Shown here: positions 32,749 to 42,351 of the stretch, in pieces | How positions within the stretch are numbered: the first letter of the stretch is position 1 | How the letters are laid out: the number at the start of each line of letters is the position of its first letter | Assembly (NCBI GenBank): GCA_965237805.1 | Contig: OZ250153.1 | Span: forward strand, 1,440,001-1,504,000 | Source of the DNA: Gammaproteobacteria bacterium | GTDB lineage: Bacteria > Pseudomonadota > Gammaproteobacteria > JABABF01 | DNA length: 64,000 nt | Direction of reading: 5' to 3' | The notes under the pieces: generated by a model | What the model was told of the DNA's origin: nothing | Seen by the model: the letters and a program-made list of their open reading frames with translations, nothing else | The model's database searches: none | Program-made: the position numbers and the translations under genes

Positions 32749-33429
32749 TTGATCCGATTCGATCGCGTCAGCAAGCGCTATGCCAATGGTCCCGAGGCGC
32801 TGTCCGAGGTCAGCCTTGAGCTGCGTCGTGGCGAGATGGTCTTTTTGACCGGTCATTCTGGTGCCGGCAAGAGCACCTTGCTTAAATTGATCATCATGAT
32901 GGAGCGCCCGACGCAGGGCCAGCTCTTTGTCGATGGCCGCAACTTGCGGCAGACCCATCCGGCGGATATCCCGGCGCTGCGGCGCCGGATCGGCATGGTG
33001 CTGCAGAATCCCCACCTATTGCCAGATCGCAGTGTGCACGACAATGTTGCCTTGCCGCTGCTGGTCGCCGACCAGCCAGTGAGAAATATTGACCGCCGGG
33101 TGCGGGCGGCGCTCGATCAAGTTGGCCTCGGTGCTTGCGCGCAACGCATGCCGGTCTCGCTGTCGGCTGGCGAGCAACAACGGGTTGGCATTGCCCGTGC
33201 GGTGGTGAACCGACCGCAAATCCTGTTGGCCGATGAGCCCACTGGCAATTTGGATGCCGAGCTGTCGGCCGAAATTATGGAACTGTTTGCACGCCTCAAT
33301 GAGGCGGCGGTCACGGCCATCATCGCCACGCACGATGTCGGCTTGATCGAGCGGCTACCCTACCGCAATGTGTTGTTGCGCAAAGGGTCGGTGGAGCGCG
33401 ACCAGCCAGCGGGGCCGGTGGCAGTATGA
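32749..33429 (+). CDS. ftsE: Cell division ATP-binding protein FtsE
   Basis: (M)IRFDRVSKRY, GHSGAGKST, LSAGEQQRV and ADEPTGNLD motifs; upstream of ftsX. Confidence 0.95.
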   Translation: MIRFDRVSKRYANGPEALSEVSLELRRGEMVFLTGHSGAGKSTLLKLIIMMERPTQGQLFVDGRNLRQTHPADIPALRRRIGMVLQNPHLLPDRSVHDNVALPLLVADQPVRNIDRRVRAALDQVGLGACAQRMPVSLSAGEQQRVGIARAVVNRPQILLADEPTGNLDAELSAEIMELFARLNEAAVTAIIATHDVGLIERLPYRNVLLRKGSVERDQPAGPVAV

Positions 33430-34454
33430 GGCGCGTGCGCCGCAACCGTCAGCGACCGTTCGCTCAGCCCGTTCTTCACAGCGCTGGCCAGACATCGTCG
33501 ATGCCCCGGCGCGGGCGGCTCTTGAACCTCGCCTCACTACACTGGCGGATCATGCGCGAGAGCCTGCAGCGGCTGGGTGCCACGCCGTTGCCGACCGTGC
33601 TGAGCTGCCTGACCATCGGCGTGGCACTGGCTTTGCCCACAGGCCTCTACATTGTGCTTGTCAACCTCGAAACACTGGGGCGCAGTTGGGAGCGCAGTGT
33701 CGGCGTTTCGGCATTTTTGCACCTCCATGTCGATGAGTCCGACGGGCGGGAATTGGCGCGTCGCGTGGCTGAGTGGAGCGAGGTGGGGGAGGTCGAATGG
33801 CGCAGCGCGGAGGCTTCTTTAGAGGAATTTCGCACGTGGTCTGGCTTCGATGACATCCTCGAAGGGCTCGGGCAGAATCCGCTGCCCGCTGTGCTGTCTA
33901 TCCAGCCCAAAGAAGCCTTTCCGAGCGCCGAGCGGATTGCGGCGTTGCGCGAGGCGCTGGCCGCTCTGCCCGCAGTGGAGGAGGCGAGGGTAGATTTGGA
34001 ATGGGCGGAGCGCTTGCGCGAACTGACCCAGCTGGGCAGTCGTTTGGCCGCCGCCTTGGGGCTATTGCTGATGCTGGGGGTGCTGGTGGTGGTCTACAAC
34101 GCCATCCGGTCGGCCATCGCGGCGCGGCGGCTCGAGATCATCGTTCTCCAGCTGGTCGGCGGCAGCCCGGCTTTTGTGCGTCGACCCTTTCTGTACAGTG
34201 GCTTGTGGTACGGCCTCGGCGGCGGCCTCTGCGCTTGGTTGGTGGTACAGGCAAATCTGGCTTGGCTCCGTGCTCCCGTCGAGCGTTTGGTCGATTTGTA
34301 CGACAGCCAGTTCACGCTGAGCGGCTTCGGCTGGTATCCCAGTCTGCTGCTATTTGCCATCGCGGCCTCACTCGGCCTGCTGGGTGCTGGCTTCGCCGTC
34401 ATGCGTCAAGTTGGGCATATCGGCTCGGAAAGCGAGGACGAGGCCAATTTCTAG
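33426..34454 (+). CDS. ftsX: Cell division permease FtsX
   Basis: Four transmembrane segments; NPLP, EI.V..LVG and FVRRPFLY motifs. Confidence 0.94.
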   Translation: MRRVRRNRQRPFAQPVLHSAGQTSSMPRRGRLLNLASLHWRIMRESLQRLGATPLPTVLSCLTIGVALALPTGLYIVLVNLETLGRSWERSVGVSAFLHLHVDESDGRELARRVAEWSEVGEVEWRSAEASLEEFRTWSGFDDILEGLGQNPLPAVLSIQPKEAFPSAERIAALREALAALPAVEEARVDLEWAERLRELTQLGSRLAAALGLLLMLGVLVVVYNAIRSAIAARRLEIIVLQLVGGSPAFVRRPFLYSGLWYGLGGGLCAWLVVQANLAWLRAPVERLVDLYDSQFTLSGFGWYPSLLLFAIAASLGLLGAGFAVMRQVGHIGSESEDEANF

Positions 34455-34502
34455 CGTCTGTCAGTAACGATCGGGCTGTCCACCTGCTATAATTGAGCTG
34501 TT

Positions 34503-35453
34503 ATGGGAAATACGCCCACTCAAGCTGACAAAAAAGTTGGCTCTGGCAAGTCGCTAGTTAGCAATGCCACCTTAGCCTTGGTGCCGGGCGCTGACATTGC
34601 CACTTACACCCGCCGTGTGCAATCTATTCCGACGCTGAGCCAAGAGCAGGAATTGGAGCTGGCACGGGCCTACTACGAAGAGCACGATTTGGAGGCGGCA
34701 CGGCAGTTGGTGCTGGCCAATTTGCGTCATGTCGCCTATTTGGCACATCGCTATGCTGGCTACGGCCTGCCGCAGGCCGACCTGATCCAAGAGGGCAACA
34801 TTGGCCTGATGAAGGCGGTAAAGCGCTTCAATCCCTCAAAGTTCAAAGTGCGTTTCATCTCTTTCGCCATCCACTGGATTCGGGCGGAGATGCAGGAGTA
34901 CGTGTTGCGCAACTGGCGCTTGGTCAAGATTGCCACGACCAAGGCCCAGCGGCGTTTGTTCTTCAAGTTGCGCGGTGAGCGCAAGCACTTGGGAGGGCTG
35001 TCGGACGAAGATGCGCGCGATATGGCTGAGAAATTGGCGGTGCCACTGCGCGAGCTACGGCAGATGGAACTGCGCATGGCGGCACCGGAGGTGTCCTACG
35101 ACGGCACTACCGAGGCAGCTGATGCCGACGACACGGGTGGCGGCACCCGCCGGCTCGCGCCAGCCGAGTACCTGGCGGCACCGGATGCCGACCCGGCCGA
35201 GGAATTTGAGGCGCTGCACTGGCGGCAGAGCCAAGCCGAGCAGCTGCATGGTGCCCTAGAGTGTTTGGACGAGCGCAGCCGGGACATTATCAGAGGTCGC
35301 TGGCCAGCTGCTGATGTCAAGCGCGCCACCTTGCAGCAGCTGGCCGATCGTCACGGCATTTCGGCCGAGCGTGTCCGCCAACTCGAGAAGCGCGCCCTGC
35401 GTCAGCTGCGCGGGCAGCTGCAACCGAAGAGCGAGCAGAGGCTGATTGCCTGA
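34503..35453 (+). CDS. rpoH: RNA polymerase sigma-32
   Basis: DLIQEGNIGLMKAV and RpoH box VKIATTKAQRRLFFKLR; follows ftsEX. Confidence 0.96.
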   Translation: MGNTPTQADKKVGSGKSLVSNATLALVPGADIATYTRRVQSIPTLSQEQELELARAYYEEHDLEAARQLVLANLRHVAYLAHRYAGYGLPQADLIQEGNIGLMKAVKRFNPSKFKVRFISFAIHWIRAEMQEYVLRNWRLVKIATTKAQRRLFFKLRGERKHLGGLSDEDARDMAEKLAVPLRELRQMELRMAAPEVSYDGTTEAADADDTGGGTRRLAPAEYLAAPDADPAEEFEALHWRQSQAEQLHGALECLDERSRDIIRGRWPAADVKRATLQQLADRHGISAERVRQLEKRALRQLRGQLQPKSEQRLIA

Positions 35454-35889
35454 ACAGCTGCGCGGCTCGCCAGTGCCGCATCTGGGCAGGCTGGGAAAGC
35501 ACTGTAGAGCGGGGCTGATGTCCGCTGCTTTTTTGGCTTTTGCCGCCGTCAATGGTTTCATCGCTACGGCTGTTGCCGCCGCCGCTTCCCATGTGCTACC
35601 CAAGCAGTTGTCAAGCGCTGAATTGGCGCTGGTGGAGACGGCGTGGCCGTTGCAGTTCACCCACGCCTTGGCGCTGATCACCGTCGCGCTACTGCTTGAG
35701 CGCAGCCCGGCGAGCGAGTGGTTGCTGGCGGCTGCTTGGCTGTTCTCCTTGGGTTTGGTCATGTTCAGTTGGGCGTTGTATTTGACGGCCTTCAGCGGTG
35801 TGCGCTCGCCGTTGCCGCCGCTGGGCGGCGTGTGCCTGATGCTGGCTTGGCTGGCGCTGGCGGTGGCGGCGTTGCGTGGATTGCACTGA
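35446..35889 (+). CDS. DUF423 (YgdD-like) membrane protein
   Basis: SH.L, ETA..Q..HALAL, FS..LY and PLGG....AW pattern; between rpoH and trmB. Confidence 0.75.
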   Translation: MPEQLRGSPVPHLGRLGKHCRAGLMSAAFLAFAAVNGFIATAVAAAASHVLPKQLSSAELALVETAWPLQFTHALALITVALLLERSPASEWLLAAAWLFSLGLVMFSWALYLTAFSGVRSPLPPLGGVCLMLAWLALAVAALRGLH

Positions 35890-36562
35890 GCGCCGCGCGC
35901 CGCGTTCCTATGTGCTGCGCTCGGGTCGGATGACTGTGGCGCAACGACGCGCCTTGGAGAGCGGCTGGCATCGGTGGGGACTCGATGTGACGGCTGGCGA
36001 AATCGACTTCGAGGCGGTTTTCGGTCGTCGTGCGCCGCGGGTACTCGAGCTCGGATTTGGTGGCGGCGAATCACTGCTGGCCATGGCCGCCTCAATGCCA
36101 GAGCAGGATTTTATCGGTGTCGAAGTCTATCCGGCGGGTATCGGCAAGCTGTTGCTCGGCGTGGAGCGGGAGGGTGTGGGCAATCTGCGTATCTACCGCG
36201 CCGAGGCTGGCGAGGTATTACACCGCTGCATCGCTACGGCCATGTTGGACGCGGTGCAGCTGTTTTTCCCGGATCCTTGGCCCAAGCGGCGCCACCACAA
36301 GCGCCGATTGGTCGCTGGCGACTTCCCCGCCTTGGTTGCCGACCGACTGCGGGTCGGTGGGTTGTTCCACGCCGCCACCGATTGTGCGCACTACGCGCAG
36401 CAGATGCTCGATTCGGTGGAGCGGACTGGAGCTTTTGTCAATCTGGCGCTGGCGGGTGGTTTTGCGCCGCGCCCATGGTGGCGTCCATGCACCCGTTTTG
36501 AGCGCCGCGCCATGGTGGCGGGCCGGAAGGTGTGGGATGTGCTATTCCAGCGCTGCGCCTAG
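35876..36562 (+). CDS. trmB: tRNA (guanine-N7)-methyltransferase
   Basis: RSYVLR.GR, LELGFG.G, FFPDPWPKRRHHKRRL, ATD and TRFE motifs. Confidence 0.97.
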   Translation: MDCTERRAPRSYVLRSGRMTVAQRRALESGWHRWGLDVTAGEIDFEAVFGRRAPRVLELGFGGGESLLAMAASMPEQDFIGVEVYPAGIGKLLLGVEREGVGNLRIYRAEAGEVLHRCIATAMLDAVQLFFPDPWPKRRHHKRRLVAGDFPALVADRLRVGGLFHAATDCAHYAQQMLDSVERTGAFVNLALAGGFAPRPWWRPCTRFERRAMVAGRKVWDVLFQRCA

Positions 36563-36664
36563 TCGCTGGAGGCTCGGTGCTATTCTGTTCCAGCACCGTG
36601 GCCAATGTGCTGTTTGCCTCCCGCTATAATGCCGCCACCGATATTGTGTCGTCGTCCCATCACC

Positions 36665-37096
36665 GTGAGCTCTCGTCTCCTCCAATGCCTGTCGCTGTGC
36701 TGTTGCGCCGCTGTGCTGTGGCCGGTTGCAACCGCCGCCCTCTCCGAGAGCCAGCGTGAGCGCATCGCCGAGCGGCTAGCTCCCGTTGGTGCGCTGTGCA
36801 TTGAGGGCGAGGCCTGCGCTGCCGACATCGTGGTGGCCCCCAGTGTCCCGCGCGATGGTGCCGAGATCTATCGCATGTACTGCACCGCCTGCCACGATAC
36901 TGGCATCGGTGGCGCGCCGCGCATTTCGGAGCGAGCCGATTGGCCGGCGCGTTTGGCGCAAGGTGACGAGCTGATCTACCAGCACGCCTTGCAGGGTCTC
37001 AATGCGATGCCAGCGCGCGGGGCCTGTCCGAATTGCACGGATGGGGAAATACGTGCCGCTGTGGACTATATGCTCGATTCCTTGCCAGCTCGCTGA
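36665..37096 (+). CDS. Cytochrome c5
   Basis: Signal peptide, ERLAPVG, CTACH heme motif and MPARG.C..C. Start placed after the TATAAT at about 36625. Confidence 0.9.
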   Translation: MSSRLLQCLSLCCCAAVLWPVATAALSESQRERIAERLAPVGALCIEGEACAADIVVAPSVPRDGAEIYRMYCTACHDTGIGGAPRISERADWPARLAQGDELIYQHALQGLNAMPARGACPNCTDGEIRAAVDYMLDSLPAR

Positions 37097-37119
37097 GCGC
37101 CGCTGCGTTTGTGTGCCGC

Positions 37120-38061
37120 TCAGCTGCCCCAGCGGAGCTGCACCAAGCTTTCGCTGAGCTGCCACAGTCGCTCCGCCGCTTTATCTGAGCGAGCGTAGGC
37201 TTTGGTACGGCACACTGCACGATTGCGGTAATAGCCGCCGTTGGCACTGCTCAGCGCCGCTTCGGTGCACAGCCAGACAGCGGTGTCGGCACCCTGTGCC
37301 GGGCTGTTTGTCAACGGGCTGATCAGCCACATCGCCATCCGTGCGGGCAGACTATGACCGATGATGCCGCTGTTGACCACGCCCGGTGACATGGCGTTGA
37401 CCGTGATGCTACTGCCTTTGGCTCGCCGCGCCAAGGCGTGCATGAACAGCAGGCCGCACAGCTTGGCACGGCAATAGTTGCCGATGCTGAAGTAGGGCGA
37501 GCGATCGCGCATCAGGTCATTGAAGTCTAGGGACGGAGCCAGTCGGTGGGCGAGAGAGGAGATGACGATGATGCGTGCTGGAGCTGATGCCTGTAGCCGC
37601 GGCCACAGCAGGCCGGTGAGCAGGAATGGGGCCAAGTGATTGACCGCTATGCTGGCTTCATGGCCCTCGGCACTGCGCTGCCGGGTGGCGAATAGGGCTC
37701 CAGCGTTGTGCACTAGCACATGCAGGGCTTGCCCGCTGTCTAAATAGCCTTGGGCGGCGCGCCGTAGCGCGGACAGCGACTTGAGATCGCAGCAGAAAGC
37801 TGCGGGTCGCTGTCCAGTCTCGTCGGCGATTTGTTGCTGCACCGCTGCGATGCGACTGGCGTTGCGGCCGCCGACCACGACTTTGGCACCGGCCCGCGCC
37901 AGCGCCAAGGCGATTTCGCGCCCAATACCGTTGGTCGCACCGGTCACGAGACAGCTCTTGCCAGCGATGTCCCAAGGAAGGCGTATCACCCCACTGGTGT
38001 CCGCTAGCTGCCCCATCACCGATTTGCCGCTTCTGGGTGGTGCTTGTTCACCAGTTGCCAC
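37120..38061 (-). CDS. Short-chain dehydrogenase/reductase (retinol-DH/WWOX-like), paralog 2
   Basis: TGATNGIG, HNAG, NHLAPFLL, YCRAK and GADT.VWL motifs. Confidence 0.92.
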   Translation of the reverse strand: MATGEQAPPRSGKSVMGQLADTSGVIRLPWDIAGKSCLVTGATNGIGREIALALARAGAKVVVGGRNASRIAAVQQQIADETGQRPAAFCCDLKSLSALRRAAQGYLDSGQALHVLVHNAGALFATRQRSAEGHEASIAVNHLAPFLLTGLLWPRLQASAPARIIVISSLAHRLAPSLDFNDLMRDRSPYFSIGNYCRAKLCGLLFMHALARRAKGSSITVNAMSPGVVNSGIIGHSLPARMAMWLISPLTNSPAQGADTAVWLCTEAALSSANGGYYRNRAVCRTKAYARSDKAAERLWQLSESLVQLRWGS

Positions 38062-38145
38062 GACCTGGAAGCAGACCCCGCAATCGGCAGCATGGCTTTA
38101 GCTCTGCGGGTGTGCCACTGGATCGCTGCAGTCAGCCGAAAAATT

Positions 38146-39045
38146 TCAGTCGCTCCAGCGATGATCGACCAAGTCTTCGCTGGCTTGCCACAGCTGCTCT
38201 GCGATCTCGTCCGAGCGGGCATCGGCGCGGGGCTTGTGTGGGGCGCGATTGAAGTAATAGCCGCCGTTGGCAGCGCTCAGCGCAGGGTCGGTGGCCAGCC
38301 AGACGGCGGTGTCGGCACCCTGTGCCGGGGTGCGCGCAAACGGTCGGAGCAGCGCCATCATCAGGCGCCCAACCCATTGTTTTCCAGCGAGTCCGGTGGC
38401 GACCAAGCTCGGGTGCATGGCGGTGACGGTGACGCCGCTGCCCTCGATGCGTTTTGCCAAGGCGTGTGTGAATAGCAGGTTGCACAGTTTGGAGCGCCCG
38501 TAGCTCTCCATATTGAAATAGAACGCTTGCTCGCGCATCAGGTCGTCGAAATCCAGTGACTTGCTCGAGCGGTGGGCATCGGAGGCGACGATGACAATGC
38601 GCGCCGGTGCCGATTCCTTGAGTCTGGGCCACAGCATGCAGCTGAGCAGAAAAGGTGCCAAGTGGTTGATAGCCATGCTGGCCTCATAGCCGTCGGCGCT
38701 GTGTTGCCGGCGGCCGAAGACGGCACCAGCGTTGTTCATCAGCATGTGTAGTGGTCGACTACTGTCCAAATACTCGTTGGCGGCGCGGCGCACATCCGCC
38801 AGCGAGTTAAAGTCGCAGCACATCGCATCGGGGCGTTGCCCGGTCTCGTCGGCGATTTGGTCTTGCACGGTCGCGCAACGTTCGGGGCTGCGTCCACCGA
38901 TGACGACTTCGGCACCGGCCTTGGCCAGTGCCAAGGCGGCGGCACGTCCGATGCCATTGGTCGCACCGGTCACAAGGCAGACCTTGCCAGCGATATCCCA
39001 CGCTGCCTCGGTCGTCTGTGCCGTCTCTTTGGGCTGTTCTGTCAT
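38146..39045 (-). CDS. Short-chain dehydrogenase/reductase (retinol-DH/WWOX-like), paralog 1
   Basis: TGATNGIG, NNAG, NHLAPFLL, YGRSK and GADT.VWL motifs. Confidence 0.92.
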   Translation of the reverse strand: MTEQPKETAQTTEAAWDIAGKVCLVTGATNGIGRAAALALAKAGAEVVIGGRSPERCATVQDQIADETGQRPDAMCCDFNSLADVRRAANEYLDSSRPLHMLMNNAGAVFGRRQHSADGYEASMAINHLAPFLLSCMLWPRLKESAPARIVIVASDAHRSSKSLDFDDLMREQAFYFNMESYGRSKLCNLLFTHALAKRIEGSGVTVTAMHPSLVATGLAGKQWVGRLMMALLRPFARTPAQGADTAVWLATDPALSAANGGYYFNRAPHKPRADARSDEIAEQLWQASEDLVDHRWSD

Positions 39046-39091
39046 CCGCTGTTTTCCTCGCAACCGCAGTTTGGCACCAGTGTGACTGTGA

Positions 39092-40609
39092 TTATAGGGT
39101 AGCGCTGTGCTCTTCCAGCGCCAGCCGGTAGCCGAGTGCCTCCTGCAGATGGTGTTGCCGCACGGTTGCGACCGCTTCTAGATCGGCGATGCTGCGCGCC
39201 ACTCGCAGCACGCGGTGGCAGGCGCGCGAGGACAATCGCATACGCTCGGCGGCCAGCGCCAAGCAGCGTCGCTCGCCCGCTCCCAGCTGGCAGTACTGTT
39301 CCAATGCAGCTGGGCTCAGCTCGGCATTGGTGGCGTTGCGGGTGTGTTGGCGGCGGCGCGCCTCGGAGACGCGGGCTGCCACCTCGGCGCTGGATTCGAT
39401 GCCCGCGCCGGATCCGAGCATTTGTTCTGGGTTGATGCGCGGCAGATCTACCTGCAGGTCGATACGGTCGAGTAAGGGTCCCGATATCCGCTGGCTATAG
39501 CGCCGCAGCTGCGCGCTACCGCAGCGGCAGCTGCGCTCGGCATCGCCTCGGTAGCCGCAAGGGCAGGGGTTCATCGCCGCCACCAGCTGGAAACGCGCCG
39601 GGAAGTTGCAGCGTCGCTTGGCTCGTGCGATGCTGACAGCACCCGATTCGAGCGGCTCCCGCAATACTTCGAGTACTCGGCGCGGAAATTCTGGCAGCTC
39701 GTCCAAGAACAGCACACCGTGATGCGCCAGCGATACCTCTCCCGGTTGCGGTGTCGAGCCGCCGCCGATCATCGCCGCCGCCGAGCTGGTGTGGTGTGGG
39801 GTGCGAAACGGCGGTTGATGCCAGTGCAGCGGCTCCACCGCTTCGCCAGCCACCGAGCGCAGTGCCGCCACCTCCAGTGCCTGCTCTCGGCTCAGCTTTG
39901 GCAACAGGCTGGGCATGCGTGTGGCCAGCATGGTTTTACCGGTACCCGGCGGTCCGACTAATAGGAGATTGTGTGCTCCAGCGGCGGCAATTTCTAAGGC
40001 CCGCCGTGCCTGTGCTTGACCGCGCACCTCAGACAAGTCTGGCAGCTGATGTGGTGGTGTGTTGGGCAGTGGCGGCGGCACGGCCCTAGGTAGCATGGCG
40101 GAACCGTGGAGTTGGCGACAGACCGTTGTCAGCTGGTCGGCCACAAAGACAGCGGTTCGGTCGGCCATCGCCGCCTCGGCGGCATTGCCAACCGGCACGA
40201 TCAGCTGCCGACCCGCATCCCCGCAGTGCAGGGCGGCTGGCAACGTCCCCGGCACGTCTCGCAGAGCACCCGACAAGGCCAGCTCACCGAGTAATTCCCA
40301 GCCGTCCAGCGCTGCCACCGGCACTTGCCCCGAGGCGGCGAGGATGCCGATGGCGATGGCCAGATCGAAGCGCCCGCCTTCCTTGGGCAGGTCGGCCGGA
40401 GCCAAGTTGATGGTGATGCGGCGCGCCGGGAAATCGAAGCGCGTGTTGAGAATGGCACTGCGCACCCGCTCCCGACTCTCCCGCACTACAGTCGCAGGAA
40501 GGCCGACGATCGCTAGGCAGGGCAGGCCGTTTGACAGGTGAACCTCGACCGTGACGAGTGGTGCACTGACCCCCTGGGCTGCACGCGAATTGACGATGGC
40601 TAATGGCAT
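39092..40609 (-). CDS. comM: YifB/ComM Mg-chelatase-like AAA ATPase
   Basis: VEVHLSNGLP, NLAPADLPKEG, GPPGTGKT, FLDELPEF and MNPCPCG motifs. Confidence 0.95.
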   Translation of the reverse strand: MPLAIVNSRAAQGVSAPLVTVEVHLSNGLPCLAIVGLPATVVRESRERVRSAILNTRFDFPARRITINLAPADLPKEGGRFDLAIAIGILAASGQVPVAALDGWELLGELALSGALRDVPGTLPAALHCGDAGRQLIVPVGNAAEAAMADRTAVFVADQLTTVCRQLHGSAMLPRAVPPPLPNTPPHQLPDLSEVRGQAQARRALEIAAAGAHNLLLVGPPGTGKTMLATRMPSLLPKLSREQALEVAALRSVAGEAVEPLHWHQPPFRTPHHTSSAAAMIGGGSTPQPGEVSLAHHGVLFLDELPEFPRRVLEVLREPLESGAVSIARAKRRCNFPARFQLVAAMNPCPCGYRGDAERSCRCGSAQLRRYSQRISGPLLDRIDLQVDLPRINPEQMLGSGAGIESSAEVAARVSEARRRQHTRNATNAELSPAALEQYCQLGAGERRCLALAAERMRLSSRACHRVLRVARSIADLEAVATVRQHHLQEALGYRLALEEHSATL

Positions 40610-40742
40610 GTTGCCCTCCTTGGCTAGTCCGTGCGCCCGACCTCCTGTCAAACGCGTCCAGTGGTGGTTTTGCTCCTGATATCGTTTGCGCTATTGCCCA
40701 CTTCGCGCCGCCCGCATCATCTTGTGTTGGCCAGCATCCGCT

Positions 40743-40761
40743 TTGTGGAAGCGTTCCACAA
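40743..40761. promoter_or_regulatory. Perfect palindrome TTGTGGAA-GCG-TTCCACAA, operator-like
   Basis: 8-bp inverted repeat with a GCG centre in the comM/torF divergent region. Confidence 0.5.
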
Positions 40762-40804
40762 TTGGGGAATAGGGTAGCACAGTGGCTGGTGCCGATCGTT
40801 GGGC

Positions 40805-40834
40805 TTGACAGAGTCGATTGCACTCATTTAGAAT
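40805..40834 (+). promoter_or_regulatory. Sigma70 promoter of torF-glnK
   Basis: TTGACA-N18-TAGAAT in AT-rich DNA. Confidence 0.6.
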
Positions 40835-40999
40835 TAATTGCATCTGTAAGCGTTTGCCGATTTTCTTAGTGGCATCATTGCCGCCAAGGCAATTTAGCCG
40901 ATCTTGTCAAGGGCTTGCAAATTGTCAGTTGTGGTTCCAGAACCCTAATGCGGGGAAGTGGGACAAACATCTCAAAGGCTTGTGATTAGGGAGAACATC

Positions 41000-41806
41000 A
41001 TGCTGAGCGTGACAAAGTTAATGGTTTGGAATGCCGATCGGTTGAGCGCGGGCTTGGGAGTGATCACCAGTCTCTGTCTTGGCCGTGGCTTAGGGGTGGG
41101 GCTGTGCCTGATGGCTGTGGCGATGTTCTCGCCCGCGCGCTCCGAGGCGCTCGCCTTAGGCGAGGAGGCAGACTTGCTGATCGAGGTGGTTGTGGTGAGC
41201 GACTATGTCTTCCGTGGCATCTCGCAGACTGGAGAAGATCCCGCTGTGCAGTTGAGCTTGGAGTTGGAATTGCAGGAGATCCCGGTATCTTTCGGCATCT
41301 GGGGCTCGCAGGTAGACTTTGACGATGTGGGCACTGGCACGCTTAGTCCGATCGATTACGAGCTCGACTTTTGGGTTCGTGTCAGCGTGCCTGTGTTCGA
41401 GGATCTCGATCTCGATTTCAGCATCATCCAGTACTACTATCCCAGCAGTACGGGGGACGAGGACTACACAGAATGGCTGATCGGCACTGAAGTGGGCAAT
41501 GTTTATATCGAAGGGGTGTACAGCGAGGATTACGGCGGCCAAGGGGAGTTTTACCGCCTGAGCGCCGAGTATGTCCATAGCTTTGATGCCATCGATGTCG
41601 GTGTGCACTACGGTTGGAATCATTACGCCCGTCCGCAGTCCCTGCTCAATAACGACAACATCTATATGGATTGGGGTGTTTCCGCTTCGATTGAATGGTC
41701 CGGCATCAAGCTCGGTGTCGAGTATACCGATGTCAGCCGTTGTAGCGCAACTGGTGGCGATGCTTGCGATGCGAGAATGCTCGGCTCGATTTCTTATTCT
41801 TTCTGA
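41000..41806 (+). CDS. TorF-family putative porin (TIGR02001/Gcw_chp type)
   Basis: SDYVFRGISQT...PAVQ, G.WGS.VDF, ELD, Y.YP, Y.DW and C-terminal Phe; upstream of P-II. Confidence 0.9.
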   Translation: MLSVTKLMVWNADRLSAGLGVITSLCLGRGLGVGLCLMAVAMFSPARSEALALGEEADLLIEVVVVSDYVFRGISQTGEDPAVQLSLELELQEIPVSFGIWGSQVDFDDVGTGTLSPIDYELDFWVRVSVPVFEDLDLDFSIIQYYYPSSTGDEDYTEWLIGTEVGNVYIEGVYSEDYGGQGEFYRLSAEYVHSFDAIDVGVHYGWNHYARPQSLLNNDNIYMDWGVSASIEWSGIKLGVEYTDVSRCSATGGDACDARMLGSISYSF

Positions 41807-41882
41807 AGTGATCTAATGCTGAGGCTGGACGACGGCTGAGTCCAAAGACAGATACCCCCAAGACCGACACATGGTGTTCTCT

Positions 41883-42221
41883 ATGTATTTCATTATCGCG
41901 GTGATTAAGCCGTTTAAATTAGACGAAGTGCGTGCCCGCTTATTGGAAGCCGGTATCAGTGGTCTGACTGTCAGCCATGTCGACGGCTTTGGCAATCAGC
42001 GCGGTTTGACAGCGAGCTACCGGGGACAAGAGTCTGCGGTAATCATGCATCCAAAGATCAAACTCGAAGTTGCGGTCAGTGGCGATCAACTCGACAGCAC
42101 CATTGCAGTGATCCAATCGGCGGCTAAAACCGGTGAGATCGGAGACGGCAAGATTTTTGTGTTGCCGATGCAACAGATGGTGCGCATTCGCACTGGCGAT
42201 ACCGGCTCAGACGCTTTATAA
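41883..42221 (+). CDS. glnK: P-II nitrogen regulatory protein (GlnK position), Tyr51 replaced by Ser
   Basis: 112 aa; IKPFKLDEV, GFG.Q.G, YRG, TGEIGDGKIFV and VRIRTG motifs. Confidence 0.93.
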   Translation: MYFIIAVIKPFKLDEVRARLLEAGISGLTVSHVDGFGNQRGLTASYRGQESAVIMHPKIKLEVAVSGDQLDSTIAVIQSAAKTGEIGDGKIFVLPMQQMVRIRTGDTGSDAL

Positions 42222-42351
42222 GCCCTGGCCTCTGCCGCGGCGATGCCGCCGCAAAAGTGGCTGCCCAAGGGGATTGATGCGGCTCGCTTTGCGAGTTTGC
42301 GTCCCGGCCTGAGGTGGCGCACTTGATGCAGGCTGTTTCGGTGTTGTAGCA

